A stretch of DNA of 64,000 bases. Origin: Lama guanicoe. Taxonomy: Eukaryota. Each line of letters begins with the position of its first letter. Position 1 is the stretch's first letter. A program made the position numbers and the translations under genes. The stretch lies in the NCBI GenBank assembly GCA_013239625.1, contig MU054187.1, positions 19,625,929 to 19,689,928 on the forward strand, read 5' to 3'. The notes beneath the pieces are model-generated. The model worked only from the letters and a program-made list of their open reading frames with translations. It was not told the DNA's origin and did no database searches. Of this stretch, positions 27,914 to 41,135 are shown in pieces.

Positions 27914-27951
27914 CCTAACCCTAACCCTAACCCTAACACTAACCCTAACCC
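27914..27951. repeat. Short interstitial telomeric sequence, (CCTAAC)6 with one variant unit
   Basis: cctaac x4, actaac, cctaac, cc. Confidence 0.9.
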
Positions 27952-29692
27952 ATCTCTAATGTCCTTACAATTTTACTCCAGCTCCAAACTTGTGTGCCCT
28001 ACTCAGCGAGTCACTTCTCCGTAGAAGGCAGGTTGGCAACCGTATCTTGTTCCTTGAGCATTTCCCCTTGGAGTCTTTCCCCCCACCCACCCACACCACC
28101 CCCCATTCCAAGCAGCTTACCAAAGTATCCCCCTCAACCCTTAACAGCTCTTTCCCTGGAAGGAATTCCAGTGATGAAATGGTCTCCATCCCATAATGTC
28201 CCCAGTGATGTTTTATGCCCCCTGTAGAGTGGTGTCTTGGGAACTCCACTGACCCAGCTATGGGATGAGCCAGAGCAGACCTCGTGTCCTCTCCTTCTCA
28301 TCTGTGGATCTAGGACGCAACTTCCTTCTCCTCGGCCAGGATGGTAAGAGATCTGGTTCCAACCGGGCCAGCGATGATGGAGTGAGAAGGAGCTCTTTCC
28401 TCACCTGCTTTGCCAGGTGGCTTCTCTCTCTTACCAACTGGCTTGCTTTCTACAATATAATAAAAGAAAGATGGGGGTCTTTGACCTACCCTTTCCTCAG
28501 GCCCCCAAAAGATAAGTCTTGCCTGATAATATAGGACATACTCTTTGTAGAAAATTTCCAGCATCTGATGCTCTGTTTCTGAGCGTTAAAGAAAAGTCTG
28601 GGTGAGTATTGCAACACCACCGATACCTGCCCCGAGGAGACGTTCAGGTCACAAGGTCTTTTAAAGGGTTATAATTTGTCTGTGGCATGAGGTGATACAT
28701 CTCTACCATCTGGTCCAGGAGGAAGCAGTTTAATTTCTGAAATACTGAACCATCATTCCCAAGTGGAAAGGACTCCTTGTGTAGCATAAACAGTTCTTTG
28801 TAGGAATGTAAGCTTCAGGCATCACTATGTGGAAAAATGATGCCCTCTGTTTATATATTTATGCTTTCCTTCCCTCCATGCTCATTCCCAGCCAAGTCAC
28901 AATCTTTTTCTTGAATTCATTTTGAGAAGAAAAAAAAATCATAAAAAATATTTTCCCAGCAAAATCTTTTCTCGCCACGCCCTCAGCTGTATTTACCTGC
29001 GGCTGCAACCATGTCTCCTGGTACAATGACACAAAGACTTCCAACAAAGAAGACCAAATGCAAGTAATGAAGAAACAACCAATTTGTCAATAATTATCCC
29101 ACTGTTTTCTCCTATTTTTTCTCTCTCTCACACTGTACCTGTGCTGAGACCCACCATTCCTCCAAACTTATGAGAAGATGCTGGAATGAAATCCTAAACT
29201 AGCAAATTGAAAAAAAATTTAAATGCACATCACCTTGCAATCAGAGTCAAGGAATTCCTGGCTTTATTTTATTGGCCTCAGAAAAGTTGTTTTACATGGT
29301 AGATACTAGGTGGGCCATCTCTCCATCAGCCAAACAAAACGCATCGAGGCTTGTGTTCAGACGGAGGGATACGACATTGCAAACCCAGACCATCAGTGAT
29401 CCCTGCCCGACGTTGAAGACTTCTTTCCACCCCATCTTCCAGTTCGCCCATGTCCCTCAAGTGCTCTACAGCCGACCTTGGGTCAGGTTTAATTAAGATC
29501 ATTATCCCATTTGATCTTCTTAGTGTTTTTCAGAAACACAGACTTTGAGGGTTTAGGTGGCTTTTCCTCTAGCGCATGAGCTAGCAGGTGGCAGAGCCAG
29601 GACAAGAGCACCGTGACATTAAAGCCCATCCTCTTACCCGTCTGTTGGGCTTCTTCCTGAAGAAAGCAGTGCTAGTCCACCACGATGGAGAC

Positions 29693-29825
29693 GGGAGGGG
29701 ATAGCTCAGTGGTAGAGCGTGTGCTTAGCGCACATGGGGTCCTGGGTTCAATCCCTGGTACTTCCATTTAAATAAGCAAATAGACCTAATTACCTCCCTC
29801 CCCGAAAAACAAAAAATGCAATAAA
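29693..29825 (+). mobile_element. tRNA-derived SINE (Vic-1-like)
   Basis: gggaggggatagctcagtggtagagcg...gggttcaatccctggtacttcca...cctaattacctccc. Confidence 0.9.
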
Positions 29826-30649
29826 GTAATCCTCCTGGGCAAACTGACACTAGGCTGCATGTCTTCATGGTTTTACTGTGACGGAAGAGCCAAGTTGCAG
29901 GGGAAGGGGGTGTCCTGGCCACCCTCCCCAGCACAAGTCATTTGATCCCACTTCATAAGTGGATCATATGTCTTCTCTGAGAACCTTTTATTCTCATTTC
30001 GACGCCCCTTGAAGTTTGATGGAAATGTGGCAGAATTTGGGTTTGTTTTAGTCTCAGTCTACCTTTAGTGGCTGTGAGAGCGTAAGCAACTCAATTGTTC
30101 TCAGTTGCAAATCTCTAAAACGGAGTAATCATCTCCTACACTTCCTGAAAGAATCAAACCATGATATTGTGTATGCAAGTCCTTCAGAAATGGGAAAATA
30201 TTCTACATGACATACGGGTCTACAACTAAGTTCCAAAAGTTGGGTGGATATGTTAGTTATCATATACCTACTGGCAAAAAAATGGAATTGCATTAAGTAA
30301 TTTTTTTCCTCTACTAATATTGTAGCTAAGATTCTAAAACTTACTGGTGTTTAAAATTTTGATTGAACATAAGAGGCTTTGGGTTGAAACCAAGATGGTT
30401 GTCAGACAGGTTTTAGCCATCGTGGTTTGTTGTGTGGTTCTGGACTGCGGCCAGATTAAACACTGATGAGGCCAAAGGGAGGCGCACAGCATTAAACCCT
30501 GGGGCCGCAGGAGCTGACATCTAGAGCAAGAAGCAGTCTGATTCGGTGATGTTCTGAAGGGAGCGGGTGACATCAGTTTTGTCTCCGTTTCTTCTCTGGT
30601 ATGGACTTAGCACCAAAAGGGCACAAAGGCTAGAGTTCCTCCTTCTTTG

Positions 30650-30859
30650 TTTAGCTTTTTCCGTTTTTTTCTTAGCTTTTTGTTGTTGCTCTTTGGAGGG
30701 GAGGTAATTAGGTTTACATATATATATATATACGTATATATATATATATACGTATATATATATATATATATTTTTTTTTTTTACGGGAGGTACTAGGGAT
30801 TGAACCCAGGACCTTGTGCACGCTAGGCACACACTCTATCACTGAGCTACACCCTCCCC
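30650..30859 (-). mobile_element. tRNA-derived SINE (Vic-1-like) with internal (TA)n expansion at about 30717-30771
   Basis: Reverse-complement SINE head at 30785-30859; gaggtaattaggttt tail motif; TA microsatellite between them. Confidence 0.9.
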
Positions 30860-30874
30860 TTGACTTCTGCCTTC

Positions 30875-31110
30875 TATTTTTTTAATTTTTAACAATTTTA
30901 ATTTATTTATGTATTTATTTTACACTATCATATTTTTAATTGAAGTATAGTCGATGTACACTTTTATGTTACAGGTATACAATATAGTAATTCACAGTCT
31001 TTGAAGGTTCTACTCCATTTATAGTTATTATAAAATATTGGCTGCATTCCCCATGTTGTACAGTACATCCTTGTAGCTTATTTTTATACCTGATCGTTTG
31101 TACCTCTTAC
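30875..31110 (-). mobile_element. L1 3' end
   Basis: Poly-T then ttaattgaagtatagtcgat...cccatgttgtacagtacatccttgtagctta. Confidence 0.8.
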
Positions 31111-32744
31111 AGAGTCTGCCTTCTTTAAACTACGCCTCCATCAGATTAAGGAGACCATGCCGGAGACGGCAGACCCAGGGAAGTGCTAACTTCAAGTCTG
31201 AGTGGGCAGTTCTAAGCCATGACAGCTCACTCACAAAGCCCAACTTACTCAAGAAGTTTTAGAATGAAATATGTTTCTTTAAGTCATGATTAAAAAGTAA
31301 AAGTCGGCCCTAGACATTGAAAAATTCCCTGTGGGCGCGAACTAGCATTTTCTTACTGTCACAAAGTGCTTTTGAAATATCCTCTTATGTGAAGAAGGAT
31401 ATATTTTTTTTAGAGATGAACAAAACAAAATTTCAGAGAGACTAAGGCAGCTAGGCAGTAACTGGGAGAAGCCAAACTTGAACCCAGACCTTCTTTTACA
31501 AAATGTCATAAATGTTTTTGCACGGTCCAGTCCTTTTAAAATTTATCAGCAAAATACTGGGGTCATTTAAAGCCACGGCTTTGCATTCAGAGACATGACT
31601 AACAAATGAGACACAATATGGTTAATTTTCAGAAGCCATTTATTCCAGATTTTTACAGGATAAACCCAATTTGAAGGTTTATTTCTTGTTGTCCTCCAAC
31701 AATTATTGAACCTTCATAACACACTTCCAGAAATCTGTTCATGGTTACTGCTTTGCAAAAAATCCTATGCGACTCTAACATCGTCTTTTAAAATGCCGAA
31801 ACTTACCCGTGTATGTGCTGTCTCTTAACCCAGAGCATCAGGTTTTTAAGGACAGGGCCATTTTTGCTTGGGCTGGGAGTGGTGTGGGGTGGGGAGTGGG
31901 AGGGGTGGGCCATGGAATGTGTTGGGTTGATGTCTGATGTGATTTGCTCAGGTGTCCAGATGAGGGCACCAGAATCCACGTAGGAAGCCCCAAATCCCAG
32001 ATATGAGTAATTACTGTTTTGCTAGTAATTCAAATTGTACCATGTTTTAAGCTTGAAGATGCTTAGGATAATATTTGTGAAACATTAGGTGACCCTAATG
32101 ACATCTTAGAATTATCTGTACTAGACAGTCTGAGAAGAGGTGAAAAAAAAAAAAAACTTAAATACCCAGGTCAAACAGAGAGGGAACAGAGCGAGGAATA
32201 TTTGATAAGGAATGATAGACAAACTGGCCAGTTGTACCTTGTCCCATAAATCTGCACACAACCCACAAGGAGTGGAATCCATGGGGAACTGTTTAATGAG
32301 GAGAGAATCAAGAGCATGAACTTCTTGCCACGGCAGGCAGGGGGCGCCACTGCAGTGACTGTCTTCTCATCACACACAAGTTCAGACCTGGCCGTGCTCT
32401 TCCGGGGACCTCCCCCCGCTCCCCGCCCGCCCCAGGACAGGCAACCACAGACCTAGATACCTGACTTGATCCAAACCCAAGCTCTACCTAGAAAGACCTT
32501 TGAACACACTTGTTGTTTTCTTCATTGAAGACACCTGAAGAATCCTAGGTGTAAAGCATTCAGCCCTTAGACTAAGAGGTGGGTAAAAACCAGGAGGGGA
32601 CACATTCTGTTTTCTAAATGAATACTCCCCTGCCCCCCCAAGTGAAATGGTAAGCCTCTGCCTAAGGGGCTGAGACGTGCTTGGGTGCTCGATTTGATAG
32701 TGCCAAGTGGGTTCAATTTAACTTTATTTTTAGACAGTATCTTT

Positions 32745-33900
32745 TGCTTAAATTGAAGTACAGTCAATTCACAGTGCTGCATTAGTTTCTGGTGTTCAGC
32801 GTAATGATTCAGTTATACATATATATATATTTTTTTCAGATTCTTTTTCACTATAGGCTATTACAAGACATTGAATATAGTTCCCTGTGCTATACAGTAG
32901 AACCTTGTTGTTTATCTATTTTATATATAGTAGTTAGTATTTGCGAATCCCAAACTCCCAATTTATCCTTCCCCAGTCCCTTTCCCCTGGTAACCATAAA
33001 TTTGTTTTGTATGTCTCTGTTTCATAAATAAATTCATTTGTGTCATGTTTTAGATTCCACATAGAAATGATATCATACCTCATTGTTACACTTTTTTGAT
33101 TGAGTGATTCCACTATTTTATCTTTCAAGTCACTTATCCGTTGTTCTGCATCACCTAATGTTGTTAATTCCCTCCCGTGTATTTTTCATCTCAGTTATTG
33201 TGTTCTTCGGCTCTGACTGGTTCATTTTTTATGTTTTCTAGTTCTCTGTGGAAGTTCTCATTGTGTTCATCTATTCTTTTCCCGTGTTCAGTTAGCATTT
33301 TTGTTACTAGTGCTTTGAACCCTTTAGCATGTAAATTATTTATCTCTGTTTCATTAGGGTGTTTTCTGGGGTTTTCTCTCGTTCTTTGAAACATAGTCCT
33401 AGCTTCTCATTTTGTTTGACTTTCTCTATTTGTCCCTATGAAATCTGATGAAACAGTTACTTATCCTGGTCTTGATGGCATGTCCTTGTGTGGGAGCATC
33501 CCTGTGCCGTCTGCCTGGGCCTGCCTGGTCGCTTTGGTGGGAGAGCTTGATCTGAAGTGAGCGTGGGCTGCATCTCCCCCTAGCATTTGCTGGCAGCCAG
33601 GAGGTTCTGGTGTTGGAAGGGGTCAGGTGTGAGCCAGGTCTTCTAGGCTCAATGTCAGGCGCCACCCTATTGGAGGTGGAGCGGGAGGCCTGAGGGAACT
33701 GGGCTTCTCCCCAGCATTAAGGCTGTCTCTGCCCTGGTTGGGACCATGGCCTGGGCCTGAGGAATTGGAACCTTACTTCTGAGCTGGCTCTGCTCCTTCG
33801 TTGATGTGTGCACAGGCGTGCTGGCAGTGGCGGCCTCTGCCTTAGCAGGAACAGGGCTGGAGCAGGAGGTTTGGGGTGGAGGGATCGCTGGAGCAGGCTT
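32745..33900 (-). mobile_element. L1 3' end (about 32745-33078) abutting an L1 5'UTR plus ORF1 N-terminal fragment (about 33085-33900)
   Basis: ORF 33191..33394 (ETEINNLHAKGFKALVTKMLTEHGKRIDEHNENFHRELENIK) resembles the L1 ORF1p N-terminus; GC-rich 5'UTR upstream; 3'UTR motifs at 32745-33078. Confidence 0.75.
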
Positions 33901-35744
33901 CATAAATTATTTCACATTTTCAGTTGAGTCTGAATCACAGTCCTAAAAGTTACACTCGGGGCTGGGACTAGGAGACGAACTCTCCCAATAACTTATTTTT
34001 ACCAGATTTTCTGTTGGTTCTTTGAAATATTAATTTGTGTTATATTAAAGTATTACTCTATTTTCAAATTAACTTAAGATATACCAGGTTAAACTAAGCT
34101 GACATTCTAACCACGTGTCTTTTCACAGTGTAATTTGAGTGAATCAATTTGAAATTTCCAACATAATATACTAGGTAGTTTTGCAAATTTCTTGGACCAT
34201 GGAGCTACATTTCATGAGCATCTATTTGGAGAGCCTAATTCTCAACAGAACATATTCAGGAAAATATTGGCTTATCATGTTAAATGTGCAATTCAACAAG
34301 TAATTATTCAGCATGAATTATAGGCAAGCCTTATGTTCATCAGTCTATAATTACTAAAAGTAGGTTAAAATCTTTGTTTTAAGAAGACTGCAGGCTTTGG
34401 GGAAATAAACTACACAATATCTACAATAAATGTTTTCAATTTACATATAATGTAAATAGTTTCCTGAGACAAATTTTCTTTTTCCTTCTCAGTACAGTAT
34501 GATACTTTTATTCAGTGTAAGTGTCCTTTTTGGGGTCCAAATCTACATTTCATTTGTGAGAAAGTAAAACACTTAGCACAGGAGAAAAACTTTTCTTCCA
34601 CTCTAATTGTTTCTTTCAGTTGAAAGGAAACAAATGTTAAATCAGTAGATCCATGACTTTCATTTTACTGTTTCCAAATTCCTCTTCCAGCAGTGAATAA
34701 AATAAATGCGTAACTGAAGAGAAGATGTCTTATAGTTTATATGACTGAAGACTCATTTCCAAAACAAGAAAAAAGAAGCAAACTCTAGGAAGAATTTTCA
34801 AATCAAAACTATGCATTTTTAATTTGTTTGGTTCCTAATTTTCTCAGCCATGTCACAAAATGTTTAGATTGACAAATAAGCCCCGAGAAAATCTTGGAAC
34901 CCCTTTAGGAGCACATGCAATTCACTCTTGATTATCCCTTGTCTTGCACCAATTAAGCTTCTTTAAGATGAAAAATGATCTGTTGCTGGCATGTTCCCAC
35001 TTGTCTTTAAACACATTAATATTATTAATGACCATGTTCATAAATATATTTTGATTGAATTATACTGAATCAGGATTAAAAAACAAAATGATTTTGACAA
35101 ATGAATGTTTAGACGTGGGATTTCTTGAGATGCTATTTGCTTGTATGAAGTAAGAGGTCTGAATGTATTTTTTCAACAATAGTCTGAAGAGGGGCTTCCA
35201 TTCAAGAAAAAGATGGAAATGTCTCTTTTGTTGCTATGTGTTCTCTTCTCTTTAATACGCTGGGAAAAAAACCCTGAACTAACAGTTGTTTCCTGGAGGT
35301 TATTTCACAAAATAAAACTGAGGGCTCTTCTGAGATAAGGCTGAGATAGAAACAAACTGGTTTAAAATTTTTTTAAAAAAATAATACAAGGCTCCTACTA
35401 TTATCTGATTCAGAAATTTCCCAGCTTGCTTTATAGGTGCTCTCAAAAGGCTATGACCATCTCAAATTTTCATTCCTTTAACCTCAGTCCCTCCCATATC
35501 CTCAAATCATGGCACAAAGGTCTGCCTTCTGGCCAGAGAGAGGAGTCTCTTGGCACCTGCTGCCTTCACCCCTTACTGGAGTTGCCACAGCCACACAGCT
35601 GCTCTGCCCCAGCAACTGCTGTCTTAAAATCAAGGAAATCATCTTGTCTGGATTGGTAAACACCAAGGGTTGGCGACGGCAGAACTATGGACATTTGGAC
35701 TGGATAACTCTTTGTTGGGGAGCAGGGGGGCTGTCCTGTGCAGC

Positions 35745-36250
35745 CTTGAGAAGGAAGGAAATCCTGTCATTTGTGACAACATGGACTGGTGCCCAGTGTG
35801 TGTTATGCTAAGTGAGATAAATCAGACAGAGAAAGACAAATATTGCATGGTCTCACTTATATGTGAAATCTACAAAACCTAAACTCCTAGAAACAGAGAG
35901 TAGAAGGGTGGTTACCGGCTGGGAGATGGGGGATCTGGGGAGATGTTGGTCAAAGGGTACGAACTTCCAGTTATAAGATGAGTAAGTTCTGGAGATCTAA
36001 TGCACTATAATGATTATAGTCAACAATACGGTATTACATACTTGAGAGTTGCTAGGAGACTAGAATCTCTAAGGTTCTCACCACAAAAAGGAAGTAATCA
36101 TTTGATATGATAGACGCCTTAGCTAATGCTACAATGGCAATCATATTGCAATATATAAGTGTATCAAATCAACTCGTTGTACATCTTAAACTTACAATGT
36201 TATATGTCAATTTATCTTAATTTTTTAAAGGGAAGAAAAGAAAAAATAAG
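35745..36250 (+). mobile_element. L1MA-like 3' end, preceded by a MER20-like fragment (about 35680-35744)
   Basis: gaaatcctgtcatttgtgacaacatggac...tcaaagggtacgaacttccagttataagatgagtaagttctggagatcta; upstream gacatttggactggataactctttgttgggg. Confidence 0.8.
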
Positions 36251-37207
36251 AAATTTTTTCATATCTTGAAAAAACAATTTTTTTAAATAAACATACCCCA
36301 GCGTAGTTTTATTGGCCCAAATTCCCAGTGATCCTCAAGTTAGTCTGAGAATTAAGTCCTAATTCTCAGAATTAATACATTTGCAAATTTTCAGATTCTG
36401 ATTACAAATATGCTTAATTTTTTAAGGAAAATTTAAGAACCGGAATTTGGTGCTACCAGTTTAGTTCAATGTATTAATGCTTGAAATGGAAACTAACACA
36501 GTTACATATCCTTAGATAATCTCTAGCTTACTTTTTAAATTCATAGTGATTTCTGAGCATTAACTAATATGGATGACTTTTGATTCAAACTTAAAATCTC
36601 TGCTTTGAAAATATTATCAACAAAATGAGTCTGTTAAATAAACCAGTTCCTTTGATTCAGAGGGCAGTGATCTACTCAAGGACTCCCTCATTGTTTTCTA
36701 TACAGAGTAGACATACATGTAATGTTGGCTAAAATGTAGACTTAACACCACAAAGGTAAGAGGGACCAGAATCGAAACTTCCTTGGTTGCTTTAGGGCAC
36801 ATTCCATAGGGGCACATACTTTGCCAGTGAGAATCCAGATCCTGGTCCCAGTCTAGACCCCTGGAGGGTTTCATTGTCTCGAGAAAGCAAGGTTCTCTCA
36901 AGTCCATTCAGATGCACTCTGGGCCCAAGTCCAGCTCATGGTGCTTATCCTGCCCATCTGGCTCCTCGAAACAGGACTTTCTGCCTACATTTCTGAGTCT
37001 GGCTTGAAGAAAAGCTATACAGTGAGGCAAAGGGCTTTAGTCAAATACATCAGAAAATAGTTAACAGAGATGTCAAATTCTATCTTATTCTTCCTATTGT
37101 GTTAAGATTCAGGACAGAGTGAGATTTTTTTCTCTCTCTCTCTTCTTTAACATTTTATCCAAGCAGTTTCATCTTGGAGGCTTCTGTTGTTGGGGAGAAA
37201 TAAGATG

Positions 37208-37332
37208 TCTTTCTTTTGTCGGGGGAGAGGTAATTAGGTTTACTGATTTATTTTTAGAAGGGGTACTGGAGATTGAACCCAGGACTTTGTGCATGCTAAG
37301 CATACACTCTACCACTTGAGATCTATCCTCCC
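37208..37332 (-). mobile_element. tRNA-derived SINE (Vic-1-like)
   Basis: gaggtaattaggttt...gtactggagattgaacccaggactttgtgcatgctaagcatacactctaccac. Confidence 0.9.
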
Positions 37333-38314
37333 TAAGGTCTTTTTTTATTTTAATGAAATATAGTTGACTTACAATATTGTATTAGCTTCAGGTATACAGC
37401 AGTCAAATGCAGTGAAGGAAACCACCAATAAGACAAAAAGGCAACCTACTGAAAAGGAGAATATATTTGCAAGAGCACTTTGTGCTTAACAGCCTGGCCT
37501 GGAAGATGCCCTAGAGTGAACCCCTAAAAGCAGGGCAGGAGGAGGTTGATGGGCGGAGAGAGATGAAGGGGCTGGCTCTTAGGAGCAGCGGAAGCCCAGA
37601 GCTTCCTGCTGAGTAGAAAGGCTGACCTCTCATGGGGGCGCCCACAAGGGCATGAAGGCTGGAGAGGAGAGCAGGCTTGGAGGCAGAGCGGACTCGGCCA
37701 GGCTCTTCCACCTCCGCTCAGCGTGGAGGGGCCACGGCTGCCCCCGCAGGGCTCGGACAAGGAGGACTGTAACTGTGGTCAGAAGTGTCCATCCCCGACG
37801 TCATTAGCTGTGGAAACACTCCCTTCTTCACCCTCAGAAAATGGAAGGAATTCCCCCACATCTGACTGAGTTGGGGATATAAAGCTTACAACCAGATTTG
37901 ATTTGATTTTGAATAAGAGAATGTGACATTTCTTAGACCCAAGTGTTATGCAGCAAATCCATTGTCACCACGCACGCCCTGCCTCACCTGCTCCGGCTGC
38001 TCTGGGGTTTCAACCAGATGTCTCCAGAGTAGAATATTAAAAAAAAAAATCTCTTAACACTATTATACATTTATTATTTGTTTATAAGGTAAGTAGAATG
38101 AGACTCAATTCATCTGGGTTTCTGAATATTAATTTGAGACATCAAAAATTTTCCATGTGTTTTTCCTCACCTTTGCAGTGAAAGTGTAATGTTTTTATTA
38201 TTTTAAAAATAAAATAAACATTCTAATATTAATTTTATTAATTAATATTAATTTTTATTAATTGATATTTTAATGTTAATTTTTAATATTTTAAAAAATA
38301 CATATTATGATTTC

Positions 38315-38785
38315 TGTGGAGCCAACTGACCTGCTTCAGACCCTACTCCCGGGCTCTCAGATGTCTGCCTGGGGTCCCTCACCGGATAAAGTACATTCTC
38401 TACTGGGCGCATTTCCCCTAACAAACTAATAGCCCTAGGTAGGGCCTAATCTCACAATAGCGTAGGCTGGCTTGTTTCAGCCCACCTTATCAGAGGAATA
38501 AACCCCACCGCCCTCCATGGACCCTCAACCTCTTACCTCACCTGCAACCAATCAGAGCCTTGTGCACAAGCCGATCAGGCACCTTGTGACCCAGTCTTAT
38601 AAAAGACCGCCACAATAGGCCCTCGGTCCTCACACAGGCACCTCTGGTCTGTGTGTCCCACTGTTGTCTGTGACAGTGTACCCCAATAAACTCTTTCTCT
38701 ATTCCCATACTTCATCTCTGGTAAGTACTTTTACCAACCCATGCATCACCATGTCATCGATCGTTTCCTGTTTTGTCTCACAATA
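38315..38785 (+). mobile_element. ERV solo LTR (~470 bp) with 5 bp TSD
   Basis: Starts TGT; CCAAT near 38548, TATAAAA near 38599, AATAAA near 38685; TSD atttc at 38310-38314 and 38786-38790. Confidence 0.8.
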
Positions 38786-39419
38786 ATTTCATTACTCAAC
38801 CTTTATGCCTACGATTAGTATGACGTCTATGTAAAATTAAAGCAATCATACATTCATTTTACTCTTTTTTCTCAAGGGATTCTAAGCCCTTCCTGTAGCC
38901 ATGATTGTTTCCCCTTTCAGGAGATCCTTGTCTTTAATTTACTGTATCATATATATTCCCAGGGGGACTAAACAAAAAAGAGTTGGTGACATTTCTAGAG
39001 TTAGAGATTACTGTCTACAGCAGGTTGGACGAGGGCATGTAACTTCACTTCCATGCAAGGCCCAAGCTCCCTAACCACACCAAGTCACAAAGTAAATGGG
39101 GTTGGGTTGGGCTAAGGGAATAAACTAGGAACCGTGTAAACAAGTCAGCAAAAACATCAGTGTGCTGGCCCCAAATCCTCCCTAAGAAGTACGTCACCCA
39201 AGGATTACTCAGATCCAATGTGGCCACTTTGTAGTTTTTTTCATTATAAAATGTATATTTCTTCATCTTTGTCACAACTGCACATTACATCATACTGTTG
39301 TAAGCAGCTCTTTGCAGGAAACCCCTTCTGTCTTCTTACTTTAGCCAAACTATATAGTAACTAAACTTAACTCAGGCATCTCTGGCCCAAGCACACCTTT
39401 CAGATCTTTAGATCACATG

Positions 39420-39868
39420 ATACTTTGCCCAACAGGTTGGTTCTTTCCTAGATCAAAGTAGAAATGGAGAATTAATAATTAACGTGAAAAAAAAAGTAAC
39501 TAACAGATGACCAGATTTCTTCCCTAGCTTCCCCCTGAGTACTCTCACGAACTAACTGTGTGAACAAGATAGGATCTAAGTACAAATCACAAGAAGTTGA
39601 CAAGCCCGCAGGACAGGATTGCATGCAGCAGTGGGGCTGGCAACAGCTCTGACTTCCTGTTCTGAGATTGCTTCCCCTTTTCCCTTTAAAACCTTCATGG
39701 AGCGGGGGGCAGAATCTTCGGAGACGGTTTTGGGGGAAACTGAGTCCACCCGCTTCCCAGACTGCCAGCATTCTGCTTAGGAGCGACTGTCCCTTCTGCC
39801 AACACGTCCCTCTCCAGAGTGTTGATGTGCCGAGCGGTGAGCAGCCAGACTGGATCTGTTCAGTAGCA
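39420..39868 (+). mobile_element. ERV1-type solo LTR (5' boundary uncertain)
   Basis: ccctttaaaa TATA variant; U5-like end gagcggtgagcagccagactggatctgttcagtagca. Confidence 0.65.
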
Positions 39869-40572
39869 GATTTCACGTCTACAAGGACAGTGAAACTTTG
39901 CTGGAATGTAAGCCCACAAGGAAAGGGGGTGAAGGAATGAAGACCTGCAGCAGCAGAGTCTGTGAATTCAGTGTCAAAGTTTTAGTCAGATCCACTCTCA
40001 CCCAGGAGCTTCAGAAGCAGGATGAGTCCAAGCTCACCAGGGAAAAGTGTTGGTGTGGGCCGGCCCTTTTCTTCCTTAACGCCTAGAATGTTTATGACTG
40101 AACTCACTCCACAGTTACCTACCACGGGGGGCTGAGTCTTCAGCCACTGTAATAATTCCAAGGGCGAGCTACGGAGGGCCTGACTATTGACTTTGCAGGC
40201 TTAACCAGTTCAGTCATTTTCCCAAGGCCTGACAGATGAGCAGCTGCTCTCCGGTTGGGGCCAGTGAACCAGCTGCCTGATAGCAACCATCCCTGTGTCT
40301 GAGATAAGAGGGATTGTTTACCAGAGAAGCGTGTCAGCTTCAGGCGCGGGGGCTCCTGAAGTCCCATCACAGCAGACTTTCTGGCACCAGCGCGCCTCAG
40401 GGGTCAAGGGTCCAGCACTCAGAGACAGCACTCACACCATTAAGGGACCCGCGGGACTGGGCTCTGTGCTGCTGTGTACGTTGGGGTTCCCACAACTGAG
40501 AATTGAAGAAACTTGGTTGCTGATTCGAGTAAGCAGTGAGTTGTGACTTCAAGGTCACCGCACAAGTGATAG

Positions 40573-41135
40573 TGAGACAGGAGGGAAGGGAGCAGGGCAC
40601 AGTCATTAAAGGAATGACACAATGATTAGCAGCAAGATGGTGGAAAATTCAACTCCCAGGAGACCTTGAGGCCCAAGATGGGGGGATTTGCCTTCCAGTA
40701 GACCTTGAGCTTCATTATACGTTCATTGTAATGAATTGGCATGCTAAATGTCACCCCCACGGGCGCCACGACAGTTCCGAGGCTGACCATAAAAGGTCAA
40801 AAAGTGGGCAGTGGCCCAATTCCTGGGAATCCCCACCCCTTCCCCAAAGCAGTTGGATTAATCCTCCCACTTGTTAGCATATGAAGTTACAGAGCCCATA
40901 AAAACTGACAACCCCGCACCTCGTGGCCTCTCACTCCCTCACCTTCTGAGCTGGCCGCACTCAGTCTATAGGGCGTGCCTCTCTTTGAATAAGTCCACTT
41001 TCACTCAACTATGACTCACTCATGTATTCTTTCCTCCACAAAGCCAAGGACACTCACTTGATGGGGCACATTCCAGGGACTCGCCTGGGACCTGGGACAT
41101 GGCCATCTTCTCATGCTCCATTTTTTTCTGTATCA
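40573..41135 (+). mobile_element. MER41-like ERV1 solo LTR
   Basis: cattgtaatgaattggcatgctaaatgtcacccccacgggcgccacgacagtt and cccaattcctgggaatccccacccct motifs; TG...CA ends; homologous to 45676-46268. Confidence 0.75.

Noticed and set aside
30455..30560. C/D box snoRNA-like TGATGA...CTGA motifs
   Set aside because: No terminal stem, no recognisable guide, and not in a known host intron; expected by chance.
38224..38300. AT-only quasi-palindromic tandem (taatattaattttatta)
   Set aside because: Low-complexity slippage product.
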